Origin: Candidatus Izemoplasmatales bacterium
GTDB lineage: Bacteria; Bacillota_I; Bacilli_A; Izemoplasmatales; Hujiaoplasmataceae
Direction of reading: 5' to 3'
Length of the DNA: 64,000 bases
NCBI GenBank assembly: GCA_050949045.1
Contig: JBMNEZ010000001.1
Location: 1,088,001-1,152,000, forward strand
Part shown: in pieces, positions 30,669 to 40,303 of the stretch
How the letters are laid out: each line of letters opens with the position of its first letter
Numbering within the stretch: the stretch's first letter is position 1
Program-made: the position numbers and the translations under genes
Notes under the pieces: generated by a model
Seen by the model: the letters and a program-made list of their open reading frames with translations, nothing else
Told to the model about the DNA's origin: nothing
Database searches by the model: none

Positions 30669-31853
30669 TTATTTGCAGGCGAGTAAGTATATTTTTTTTG
30701 CGTCTTCCATCGTCAGTCGTTTAAAACTGCCAATGACTTCGCCGCGATTTTGCCGTAATTTTTCAACAAGCTTGTCAATATCATCGCATTTTGCGCCCAG
30801 TTCGGCAAAAGTAACCGGAAGTCCAAGTTCCCTATAAAACGACTTGAGATTATCTATCCCTCTAAGACCAAGCGTTCTGGCATCGCTTCCGTCATCGGGA
30901 ACATCGAATACTTTGACGGCAAGCCGTTTATATCTCAAAGGGTCAACGTCGATCGTATATTCCATAAATGCCGGGAATATGACCGCCAATCCGGCGCCGT
31001 GCGAGACATCATATAGAGCGGACAACTCATGTTCAAGGGCATGCGAACTCCAGTCTTCTTGCCGGCCAACCCCAAGGAGGCCGTTGTGGGCAATCGTTCC
31101 CGACCAGAAGATCGTTGCCATCGCTTCATAGTTGGTTGGATCGTCCTTGATAATCCTGGCCGCCTCCATGACTGATTTCAAGACCGCCTCTGACATTCTG
31201 TCGGTAAGGATGACATCCTTTGTAAGTGTCAGATACCGTTCAAAAATGTGACTCATTATATCGGCGATTCCGGCAAAAAGATGGTATCTGGGAAGCGTAT
31301 AGGCAAGTTCGGGATTAACGAGCGAGAAGCGCGGCCTGTAATAGCGGCTCGAAAGCCCGCGTTTGAACATTCCTCTCTCCTGCGTAATGACGGCGCCTTG
31401 GGAAGCTTCCGATCCCGTTGCGGCTATCGTCAAGACGACGCCAATCGGCAAAGCGTCCTGAATCGTGGCTTTGCCAATATAAAAATCCCAGAAATCACCT
31501 TCATATTTGACTCCGGCCGCAATGGCTTTCGCCGAGTCGATCGTTGAACCGCCGCCAACGGCAAGAACAAAATCAGCTCCTTCCCGTCTACAGAGTTCGA
31601 TGCCTTTGTATACCAAACCGCTTCTCGGATTCGGTAAAACTCCTCCCAATTCAAAATAGCTGATGTCTGCCTGATCGAGAAGCCCCTTGATCCTGCCGAG
31701 TAAGCCGCTTTTTATAACCGAACCGCCGCCATAGTGGATAAATACCCTCGTTGCCTTATACTGCTTTAAAAGGTTGGCAACCTCTAATTCCGCGTCTTTG
31801 CCAAAGACGATTTCCGTCGGTGTATACAAACTAAAATTTTCCATTAGGTTCAT
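30669..31853 (-). CDS. Iron-containing alcohol dehydrogenase (BdhA/YqhD-like)
   Basis: YGGGS, AVGGGSTIDSAK, ATGSE, HALEHELS, HGAGLA. Confidence 0.92.
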   Translation of the reverse strand: MNLMENFSLYTPTEIVFGKDAELEVANLLKQYKATRVFIHYGGGSVIKSGLLGRIKGLLDQADISYFELGGVLPNPRSGLVYKGIELCRREGADFVLAVGGGSTIDSAKAIAAGVKYEGDFWDFYIGKATIQDALPIGVVLTIAATGSEASQGAVITQERGMFKRGLSSRYYRPRFSLVNPELAYTLPRYHLFAGIADIMSHIFERYLTLTKDVILTDRMSEAVLKSVMEAARIIKDDPTNYEAMATIFWSGTIAHNGLLGVGRQEDWSSHALEHELSALYDVSHGAGLAVIFPAFMEYTIDVDPLRYKRLAVKVFDVPDDGSDARTLGLRGIDNLKSFYRELGLPVTFAELGAKCDDIDKLVEKLRQNRGEVIGSFKRLTMEDAKKIYLLACK

Positions 31854-31972
31854 CTCCTTCTTGATAAATTAATTATATCATGAATTTTCCATCATCCCAA
31901 TAAGATGATTGTCCGGTGTGGAATACTCATGGTATAATATTATTGTAAAAATTAAAAAAATCGGAGGCCATT

Positions 31973-32716
31973 ATGCGTAACACCGAATGGATCAAGAAAA
32001 CTCTCTTCGCACATAGAGGTTTTCATTCTGAAGATAAAAAGATACCTGAAAACTCTCTTTCTGCATTTAATTTAGCGCTAGCCAAAGGCTATGGCATCGA
32101 ACTAGATATCAACCTGCTTAAAGACGGTACAGTTGTTGTCTTTCATGACAAGGATCTAAAACGGATGACCGGAGATCAAAGGCTCTTAAAAGATGTCGAC
32201 TACGGCGACATCAAGGGGCTGTCTTTGCTCGAAACCGCAGACAAGATCCCTACACTCAAAAAAGTCCTTGCCCTCATAAAAGGCAAAGTGCCCTTGTTAA
32301 TCGAACTCAAGCACCACGGTAATTATATCCGGCTGTGTGAGAATTTCGTCAATCTAATCAAAGACTACAAGGGTTTATGGGCAATGCAGTCTTTTCATCC
32401 TGCCATTCTCCTTTGGTTCAGAAAAAATCATCCAGAAATCATCAGAGGCCAGATTGCCGAATATTTCCTAGAAGAACATGACATGAAAAAAATCACCAAG
32501 TATTTATTGAAGACGCTCAAGTTCAATTTCCTGACAAAGCCGGATTTTATCAACTACGGCCTTCGGGATCTCCCCAACAAGTATTGTGACAAACAACATA
32601 GAAAAGGGCTGGTTGTCATCGGTTATTCCGCCAAATCACAAGCAGAGTTTGACAGAGTCACCGAAAGATACGATAACGCCGTCTTTGAATTCTTCGAACC
32701 AAAAAGCAGACCTTGA
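31973..32716 (+). CDS. Glycerophosphodiester phosphodiesterase family protein
   Basis: AHRG, PENSLSAF, IELDI, VFHD, IELK. Confidence 0.9.
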   Translation: MRNTEWIKKTLFAHRGFHSEDKKIPENSLSAFNLALAKGYGIELDINLLKDGTVVVFHDKDLKRMTGDQRLLKDVDYGDIKGLSLLETADKIPTLKKVLALIKGKVPLLIELKHHGNYIRLCENFVNLIKDYKGLWAMQSFHPAILLWFRKNHPEIIRGQIAEYFLEEHDMKKITKYLLKTLKFNFLTKPDFINYGLRDLPNKYCDKQHRKGLVVIGYSAKSQAEFDRVTERYDNAVFEFFEPKSRP

Positions 32717-32732
32717 ACTTGGGTCTGCTTTT
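32702..32732. terminator. Bidirectional terminator between GDPD and MFS genes
   Basis: aaaagcagacc...ggtctgctttt. Confidence 0.7.
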
Positions 32733-32766
32733 ATATTTTGTCGGTTGTTTTTTAATCCATATTTAA

Positions 32767-34350
32767 TTACGCTTTAGCTTTTCGCTTTTTGATGGCTTTT
32801 TTGATCGGCTGTGCATCACCGTGTTTGACCATAAACATAGTGATGAAGGCAATAGCCACGAAGATGGCCGCATAAGGGAACAGGGCTTTTCTGCCGATTG
32901 AGTCCATCAGCATCCCCGAAATGATCGGAGTGAGGATCTGGGCCGCCATCGAAAAAGTGTAGTAGTATCCGGTATACTTTCCGACATTGGAATTTTTGCT
33001 GAGTTCGACAACCATCGGATAGGAGTTGACGTTGATCGTCGCCCAGCCGATTCCTGTGAGACCAAAGATGCCATACATCAACCATGCGACCTTCGGGGTC
33101 AGAAAGACCGCGACACCGAAACAGATAGTCAAAATGGTGATGCCGATCAATATCGTCTTCCGTCTGCCGATTTTCGTGGCGACGATGCCGATCGGGATGA
33201 AAGCGACGAGCGCGGTTCCGTAAGCCACCATCAGCGGTAGGGAATAACTCATCTCAAGCACTTTCGGGGCGTAGTCGGCGAATTTGCTGGTAACGGCATT
33301 ATACCCAAAAAACCACAAGAATACCGAAGCGAGGATCAAGTAAAGCGAGAGCTTTTTCTCCTTTGACAATTCCTCTTTCGCTTTTTTCGGGGCTTCTTTC
33401 TCGGTCAGCCCAAATTTAGCCTCGGCAGCCTCTTTTTCCTTAACCAGTTTCGGTTCCTTGACTTTCCATAAGAAGACTCCAAGGAAGATTAGCATCAAGA
33501 CCCCAACAGAAATGAAAGCGGGATAGTATTTGACATAAGAGAGTTTGTCTAGTTTGAATACCATCAACAGCACCAAGACAACCAAGCCGCCGATAGTTCC
33601 CATCAAATTGATGATCGCGTTGGCTTTACTGCGCAAGGGCTTTATGACAACATCCGGCATCAAGGCGACTGCCGGAGAGCGGAAAGTAGCCATAGCGACA
33701 AGAGCGATGAGGAGCACTAAAATGAAGACAACGAGAACTCCGGGATTTTTGGCAGTCAATTGCCACGCCCTTTCACTTAGATAAGTGTAGTAAAAATCCT
33801 TCATGTCTTTCATATCAAACTCGTTGAGACCCTCTGGGTTTTCGTCAAGCAAAGTTTGCATCTTGTCAAATACATTGACAGACCACTCGTCATACTGTTT
33901 CTGTGTGATCGATCCTTCAACGCGCGCGGCGAGCCTCTCGACTGCCATCGCGCCGATGATGACCTGCCATTGGCCGTTGGTCGGATTTTTCCCATGGATA
34001 TTCTCGTAATCCTGGATAATCCGCGTCTCGGTCTCGATTTTCGCTGTTTGATAATTGTCGATAAAAGACATCGAAACAAAAGCAAAGGCAGCGATGATGG
34101 TGCCGATGATGATGAACGGTGTCCTACGTCCCATCTTCGAGTTGGTTTTGTCGGAAATGTGACCAAACAATGGCAACAAGAACAGAGCGAGAATGTTGTC
34201 CAGAGCCATAACCACACCAGACCAAGTCTGGTTCAACCCGAATTTGTCAATCAGAATCTTGGCAATGATGTTGTCATAGGCCTGCCAGAACATGGAGATT
34301 AGAAAAAAGGCAAGACCGACAAAAAAGACTTTCTTATAATCGAGTTTCAT
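32767..34350 (-). CDS. MFS transporter (maltose/sucrose-symporter-like) with large soluble insert
   Basis: GHISDKTNSKMGRRTPF motif A, about 12 hydrophobic segments, GKYTGYYY. Confidence 0.85.
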   Translation of the reverse strand: MKLDYKKVFFVGLAFFLISMFWQAYDNIIAKILIDKFGLNQTWSGVVMALDNILALFLLPLFGHISDKTNSKMGRRTPFIIIGTIIAAFAFVSMSFIDNYQTAKIETETRIIQDYENIHGKNPTNGQWQVIIGAMAVERLAARVEGSITQKQYDEWSVNVFDKMQTLLDENPEGLNEFDMKDMKDFYYTYLSERAWQLTAKNPGVLVVFILVLLIALVAMATFRSPAVALMPDVVIKPLRSKANAIINLMGTIGGLVVLVLLMVFKLDKLSYVKYYPAFISVGVLMLIFLGVFLWKVKEPKLVKEKEAAEAKFGLTEKEAPKKAKEELSKEKKLSLYLILASVFLWFFGYNAVTSKFADYAPKVLEMSYSLPLMVAYGTALVAFIPIGIVATKIGRRKTILIGITILTICFGVAVFLTPKVAWLMYGIFGLTGIGWATINVNSYPMVVELSKNSNVGKYTGYYYTFSMAAQILTPIISGMLMDSIGRKALFPYAAIFVAIAFITMFMVKHGDAQPIKKAIKKRKAKA

Positions 34351-34590
34351 GCTTCACCTCTTCAACGATTTTTTATCATGAACATTATACCATCAATCAA
34401 AGCCGGATTGAATCTAAATCAAGAATTTATTGACGTTTCCGTTCCAATGATGGTTTCTGGTGTGTTTTGAAAATATTATCCAGTCCTTAGAAAATTTATC
34501 ATGGAATAAAAAGCCCAGTGCGGTGGGATCGCAACTGGGTATTCTTTATTCAATAACAACCAAAAAGATTTATTGACAATTTTGATTTTA

Positions 34591-35127
34591 TCAGGAATAA
34601 ACACGGATCTTGCTGGCGATGTAACGGACGGCCAGTTCGTTGTATTTTGTAACTTTCAAATACAGCGTGAAAATGTCGTTGAGTCCGTATTTAATCTTGA
34701 CCGACAAGGCTTTTCGAAGTCTAAAGAAGAGTCTTAGTCCGATAAAAGCCACCAATGCGGCGATAACATAGTTACCATACTGATAGTAAGGGTAGGCAGG
34801 GATGGCAATCAGATTGGCATAGACAGCGTAGGCACCGGCGATTCCCAAAACAAATAGGATAATCCCGAGAATCCTCGCCCAAACAGGGTTGTGATAATAG
34901 TCGACATAGTACTCAAACTGGTTAATTGCTTTAAGATCTGTCTCATGCATCATTTTTCTTCTGACTCTTCTGCCTCTGTTGGAAGCGATGCCGAACGTGT
35001 AAATGATCAGCCTTTTGTCCGTAAGCATGATCTGACAGAAACTGCCTTTGGCTCTGAGTTTCAGAAAATCCTTCAGAACTTTTTCGTTCGGATCAAGAGT
35101 CACGTTTTTCAAGATGTTGTTTTTCAT
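34591..35127 (-). CDS. Hypothetical membrane protein (PH-like N-terminus, 2 TM)
   Basis: 178-aa ORF with GGGAG RBS; EKVL...LTDKRLII pattern; two hydrophobic helices. Confidence 0.65.
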   Translation of the reverse strand: MKNNILKNVTLDPNEKVLKDFLKLRAKGSFCQIMLTDKRLIIYTFGIASNRGRRVRRKMMHETDLKAINQFEYYVDYYHNPVWARILGIILFVLGIAGAYAVYANLIAIPAYPYYQYGNYVIAALVAFIGLRLFFRLRKALSVKIKYGLNDIFTLYLKVTKYNELAVRYIASKIRVYS

Positions 35128-35191
35128 CCTTGATACTCCCTATATATTGAATACGATAACATTTTACATTATCATAAGAAATAATGCAAGA

Positions 35192-37903
35192 CTACGAACG
35201 AAAATCCTTTGATTTGGCCTTATTCGTCCTTTTGTCAGGAATGAGCTTTGTCAACTCGCCAAAGATCATCGGCACAAACCCAAGCGCTGCGGCAATGGCC
35301 AGTTCAGCCAAGGTCAAAGCTTCAATTTTGAAAACGTTGGCTATTGGTTGAATGTAGACAAGCAACAGGATCAATGCGGCTGACAAGCCAACAGCGTAGT
35401 TGACAATCTTGTTTTGGAAGGGATTTGACTGGAATATGAATTTTGTTTCCGATCTAGCCGAATATGTTCGGAAAAGTTCTCCGAAAACGACGGTCACAAA
35501 GATCATCGTGCGCGCTTGGGTCAGCGAAGCTCCCGGTATCAGTTTCAACCCGATGTAAAAGCTCGTGAGGGCAGCTAACATCAACCCCATACCCTGAATG
35601 ATGACTTTGATGAGTGTTGCCCGATCAAGGATCTTTTCCTTGGTATCGCGTGGTTTCATATCCATGATATTCGGTTCGCTCTTTTCCATTCCAAGAGCGA
35701 AAGCTGGAAAGGAATCGGTCACTAGATTGATCCAAAGCAGGTGGATTGCCAGCAATGGCAGATGATTGTCAAAAAGATTTCCGAAAATCATCGCCATCAG
35801 GATGATCAGAATCTCCCCAATATTGCAGGAGATAAGATAAATCGTGAATTTGCGGATGTTGCTGTAAATCGTTCTGCCTTCTTCGACCGCACTTACAATT
35901 GAGGCAAAATTATCATCGGTCAAGATCATGTTCGAGGCTTCTTTGGAAACCTCGGTACCGGTGATGCCCATGGCAACACCGATGTCCGCCTGTTTCAAAG
36001 CCGGCGAATCATTGACGCCATCCCCGGTCATTGCGACGACTTCACCATGCTTTTGGAGCACTTCGACAATCCGGATCTTTTCCTTGGGAGTCGAACGTGC
36101 GAAGACATCGCAGTTCAGGATTGCCTTTTCGAATTCTTCGTCGGACATCATTGCCGTATCCTCTCCCGAAAGAGCGATGTGTCCGGGTTTGAGAATATTG
36201 AGTTCGGTTGCGATCGCTTTGGCGGTCGTCAGATGGTCTCCGGTAATCATCATTACGCGGATTCCGGCTTTGTGGCATTTTTCAATCGCCGCCTTAGCCT
36301 CTTTCCGCGGGGGGTCGATCATCGCGGTCAAGCCGACGAATATCAGGTTTTGTTCTTCATCCATCGATTTCGGCTTGTCGGTGACTTTATAGGCATAGCC
36401 GAGAACACGGAAAGCCTGGCTGGAATATTCGTCATTTTTCTCCGAGATCATTTTCCGGTCTTGATCAGTGAGATCCCTCACAATTCCACCGATTCGGATT
36501 CGGTCGCACTTTTTAATCAACTGGTCGAAGGCACCCTTGGTCAGAACAAGGTTCTCATCGCCCACTGAGTTGATTGAAGTCATCATCTTTCTTGTCGAAT
36601 CGAACGGATACTCGTTGAGTTGCGGATAACGTTCATATCTATCCTCGCGAGCATAACCGCATTTTTCAGCTAAAACCAAAAGCGCTCCTTCGGTCGGATC
36701 GCCGATGACCTTGCCGTCTTGAAGGACAGCGTCGTTGCATAAAAGGCAGATCTCTGCGATCCTTTTGATGTTTTCGGTAAGAGGCGCCTTTTTATCATTA
36801 ATCAAGAGGTCACCATTAAGTTCGTAACCGGTTCCGCTGACATCAAACTCGTTGTCGAGATCGAACACCTTTTTGACGGTCATCTCGTTTTGGGTAAGGG
36901 TTCCCGTTTTATCGGAACAAATAACGGTAGCCTGTCCCAGCGTTTCGACTGTCGAAAGGTTTTTGATGATCGCATTGCGCTTGACCATCCTCTGCATGCC
37001 AAGTGCCAACACGACTGTAATAACCGCGGTCAAACCCTCGGGGATTGCGGCCACGGCGAGCGCGATTGCCGTCAGAAAGATTTCGAAGACTTCTAGTCTT
37101 TTAAGAAGCCCTAGTCCAAAAACAACGACAGAGACGCCGATGCAGATGATGCCGAGAACTTTAGCAAATTCATCAATCGTCTTTTGAAGAGGCGTCTTTC
37201 CCTCTTCGACCGCATCGAGCATCGTCGCGATCTTGCCGATTTCGGTGTTCATTCCGGTATCGGTGACAACACCGAATGCCTTCCCGTAAGCTACCAGGGT
37301 CGACATATATGCCAGATTATATCTTTCTGCCAAGACGATTTCACTATCATAGGTAATATTGGCATCCTTTTCAACCGGTTCAGATTCTCCAGTCAGGGCA
37401 GATTCATCAATTTTGAGATTGGTGCTTTCGATGAGCCGGATGTCTGCGCAGACATAATCTCCCGTCTCAAGATAGACGATGTCTCCGGGGACCAATTCCG
37501 CCGAATCGATCTCATTCATCATACCGTCGCGGATGACCTTGGCGTGGGGAGAACTCATCTTTTTGAGCGCTGCCAGCGCATTACTGGCTTTTTGTTCCTG
37601 ATTGACACCAAGAATCGCGTTCAAAATGACTATCGCGAGGATGATGAAGCCGTCCACGAGCCCTTCCTCGCCGATGATTCCCATAATAATCGAGACGAAC
37701 GCGGCAATCAAAAGAATGATGACCAGAAAATCTTTGAACTGATCGAGAAACATCTGGAACAATGTCTTCTTCTTTTTTTCACGCAGTTCATTCTTGCCGT
37801 GTTGCTCTTGAAGTTTTTTGACTTTTTCGCTTGAAAGGCCGTGCTTTCTTGATGTATTTAGTTCCTCAATGACCGCTTTCGCTTCTTTTTGGTAAAACTC
37901 CAT
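35192..37903 (-). CDS. P2A-type (SERCA-like) cation-transporting ATPase, probably Mn2+/Ca2+ efflux
   Basis: TGES, PEGL, DKTGT, TGDGVND, WINLVTD; downstream of yybP-ykoY riboswitch. Confidence 0.93.
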   Translation of the reverse strand: MEFYQKEAKAVIEELNTSRKHGLSSEKVKKLQEQHGKNELREKKKKTLFQMFLDQFKDFLVIILLIAAFVSIIMGIIGEEGLVDGFIILAIVILNAILGVNQEQKASNALAALKKMSSPHAKVIRDGMMNEIDSAELVPGDIVYLETGDYVCADIRLIESTNLKIDESALTGESEPVEKDANITYDSEIVLAERYNLAYMSTLVAYGKAFGVVTDTGMNTEIGKIATMLDAVEEGKTPLQKTIDEFAKVLGIICIGVSVVVFGLGLLKRLEVFEIFLTAIALAVAAIPEGLTAVITVVLALGMQRMVKRNAIIKNLSTVETLGQATVICSDKTGTLTQNEMTVKKVFDLDNEFDVSGTGYELNGDLLINDKKAPLTENIKRIAEICLLCNDAVLQDGKVIGDPTEGALLVLAEKCGYAREDRYERYPQLNEYPFDSTRKMMTSINSVGDENLVLTKGAFDQLIKKCDRIRIGGIVRDLTDQDRKMISEKNDEYSSQAFRVLGYAYKVTDKPKSMDEEQNLIFVGLTAMIDPPRKEAKAAIEKCHKAGIRVMMITGDHLTTAKAIATELNILKPGHIALSGEDTAMMSDEEFEKAILNCDVFARSTPKEKIRIVEVLQKHGEVVAMTGDGVNDSPALKQADIGVAMGITGTEVSKEASNMILTDDNFASIVSAVEEGRTIYSNIRKFTIYLISCNIGEILIILMAMIFGNLFDNHLPLLAIHLLWINLVTDSFPAFALGMEKSEPNIMDMKPRDTKEKILDRATLIKVIIQGMGLMLAALTSFYIGLKLIPGASLTQARTMIFVTVVFGELFRTYSARSETKFIFQSNPFQNKIVNYAVGLSAALILLLVYIQPIANVFKIEALTLAELAIAAALGFVPMIFGELTKLIPDKRTNKAKSKDFRS

Positions 37904-37931
37904 CGGTATCCTCGCACCTCACATTCTTTTT

Positions 37932-38050
37932 AAAAAAACAGACCTATGCACAAACCCAGTGCATAAGTCTTGCCGTTACGATTAAATCAGGCTTGCGTCC
38001 ATGTATGTTGATTTAATCACAATCTTCCGCCGGCTACTCCTTATGTCAGT
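37932..38050 (-). ncRNA. yybP-ykoY (Mn2+) riboswitch with terminator
   Basis: Minus strand: AAGGAGTAGC...gattaaatca/tgatttaatc stem...CGGCAAGAC, overlapping terminator agacttatgcac..gtgcataggtct-T run. Confidence 0.85.
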
Positions 38051-38054
38051 AATT

Positions 38055-38083
38055 ATGATATCTCAGTTTTCATCAGTTGTCAA
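38055..38083 (-). promoter_or_regulatory. Sigma-A promoter for riboswitch/ATPase
   Basis: TTGACA-17 nt-TATCAT. Confidence 0.8.
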
Positions 38084-38485
38084 TCCGTTATTGATTTCCC
38101 TAAGGAAATCTAGGACTGGAAAAAACCTCTTTTTTTGACCCTTGCAATTAGCGATTCTATAATGGCGCAAGCAAGCCCAAAAAGATCCTCGTCAAAGATC
38201 GACATCAAGGTTTGAACAAAGTCTATAAAATCGATTATCAGAGATGTTTTATAACCTTTAACAGCATGTCGCAAAATGATATACAAAGCTGTATTTTCGC
38301 TAAAATCAGTGATTTCCCCGTTATTAAATTATAGAAACCGAATGAGGCTTTAGTCACTTTGGCAAAATAATAGTCTTCAAAAATCACCACACAAAATATT
38401 TCAAAATCAAGGATCAAGCCAAACACCTTTCAAGGTTGTCTATTAGTGTCAACAAAGTAACAATCAGTCTAGAAAACCCAACTAA

Positions 38486-40150
38486 TCAACGGATCAGCCT
38501 TCTCTTTTTCGTTAAGATCAGCCAAATGGCATTTGACAATACCAAGAGAACGGACAAACTGCAGATTGGCGCTGCTTTTTTCAATTTGGCCCAGAAACTG
38601 TCATCGACAATGCCGGGTTTGGGGTTGTCAATGATTAATTTCGCAGTGCGATTGATGACCCTGATTTCAAAATTTTTCTCGTACGCCGGCTGTGACTCAG
38701 GTTCGATATTCAATAACAGATGATAGATTCCAGGTGTCGAAGCATGGCCAGTATATGAATCATAATTGACATAAAATCGGTATTTTTCGACTGTGCTTAA
38801 TTCTCCGGTTGCCTTTAACAGGACAGCGACATCGCCGAGAGAAAGAACCATGTCATTATAGACTTGGATGACAGCCATATCAAAATAGACCAACGGACCG
38901 ATTTCATCGATAACGGTTATCGTGACAGTCTTAGTGGATTCGTTTCCGCTTGAATCGGTCACCGAGAAACGCATCTGATGATTCCCCAGTGTTCCACTGT
39001 TCTCCGTGTAGTCATCGAAGACAAGCGACAGCGAATCTGACAGGTCTCCATCATAGTCGTCAATGACGGACAATCCTTGTTTTACAATCGTTGGAACAAT
39101 GAGATAGTCATACCCAACGCTGATGGAGTCAGTGCCGGTGATGATCGGTGCGGTCTCATCCACAACTTCGACATTGATGGTTGTCTCCGTCCAGTTTCCA
39201 CTAGAGTCCTCAACGCCAAAGACCATTTCATAGACACCGATCTGGTTTTTGTTCGGCGTGTATTCATCGCTTACTAGTTCGATGTCCATTGATATATCGC
39301 CATCATAATTGTCGCTCGCACTAAGCATCATCCTGATTGCTTCGGGAGAATAAGCGGAGGGGTAAACTGCTTTGATTGTCTCCTGAGGCGAAAACACCGG
39401 CTTGACGGCATCAACGACAACGATCTGAATTACAATCTCGGTCTCGTTGCCGCTGGAATCAGAAACAGCGAAAGTAGCGTCATATTCTCCAAGCGTACTT
39501 GCATTTGGTGTGTAATTGTCGCTGACGAGCGTGATCGCCGCCGAGACATCGCCGTCGATAGCGTCATAGGCATTGAGGGCGCTTTTGATCTCATTGATCG
39601 ATATCGGCGTGTCGACATATGATATGACGGTGCCGGCATTTTGAAAATATGGAGCGGTGATATCGATCAGCGATCCTTCCAAATATTCCTCGTATCCGTC
39701 ATATGAAGACCCTTCTTCCAACATGAAATCCTGAAGTTTTGGCGAGCCGGATGAAAAATAACCACGATCGGTATGAAATTTGATAGCCATGTAGTTGGTG
39801 TCCGAATCGGTCGAGAAAACGTGGTAGAAGGCATTATAATCGCTTAAACTCGAAAAATCGTCAAAACTAAGATTGATGGTATCGTTCAGTTCAAGATTGT
39901 TATACAACTCGATGATCACTTCGACATTTTCGTTTTCATAATAGCTTCGCGAAATGCTTAGGATATATTCCGTAAACGGTTTGACCAAAAAAGACTCAAT
40001 AGAGAGAAAATATTCGCCTTCCAGATGGAAGTTGTCTTCTGAAAGATAGTTGTCCCCTCCGGGAAGATAATGTGGAGAATAGGCCTTCACTTCGTTGCTA
40101 CAAAGAAATAAACAGATAATAAAAACAACGATCACTGTCGTTTTGCGCAT
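38486..40150 (-). CDS. Secreted, C-terminally anchored Ig-like repeat protein
   Basis: Signal peptide (..EVKA), three 84-aa repeats with DxxDGD and DSSGN, C-terminal TM + KKRR tail. Confidence 0.8.
   Translation of the reverse strand: MRKTTVIVVFIICLFLCSNEVKAYSPHYLPGGDNYLSEDNFHLEGEYFLSIESFLVKPFTEYILSISRSYYENENVEVIIELYNNLELNDTINLSFDDFSSLSDYNAFYHVFSTDSDTNYMAIKFHTDRGYFSSGSPKLQDFMLEEGSSYDGYEEYLEGSLIDITAPYFQNAGTVISYVDTPISINEIKSALNAYDAIDGDVSAAITLVSDNYTPNASTLGEYDATFAVSDSSGNETEIVIQIVVVDAVKPVFSPQETIKAVYPSAYSPEAIRMMLSASDNYDGDISMDIELVSDEYTPNKNQIGVYEMVFGVEDSSGNWTETTINVEVVDETAPIITGTDSISVGYDYLIVPTIVKQGLSVIDDYDGDLSDSLSLVFDDYTENSGTLGNHQMRFSVTDSSGNESTKTVTITVIDEIGPLVYFDMAVIQVYNDMVLSLGDVAVLLKATGELSTVEKYRFYVNYDSYTGHASTPGIYHLLLNIEPESQPAYEKNFEIRVINRTAKLIIDNPKPGIVDDSFWAKLKKAAPICSLSVLLVLSNAIWLILTKKRRLIR
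38909..39664 (-). repeat. Three tandem 84-codon Ig-like (DUF5011/HYR-like) repeats
   Basis: Units start DITAP, DAVKP, DETAP at exact 84-aa spacing; a degenerate fourth starts DEIGP. Confidence 0.8.
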
Positions 40151-40303
40151 ACTGCCACCGCCTTTTGCCAACATATTACGCGGGTTTGGTCGTCAATTCT
40201 TGAAAGAAGTATTACAATCGATGGTTTTATCTAAAAACGTTATCATCCATTTGCTCGGAAATATGATAAAATACAAGCATAATAATCACCCAAGGAGGCG
40301 CGT

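Noticed and set aside
35928..37834. Plus-strand ORFs up to 216 aa inside the P-type ATPase
   Set aside because: Antisense shadows with no independent signals
38238..38426. 62-aa minus-strand ORF in the gap
   Set aside because: No motif and atypical composition; not supportable as a gene
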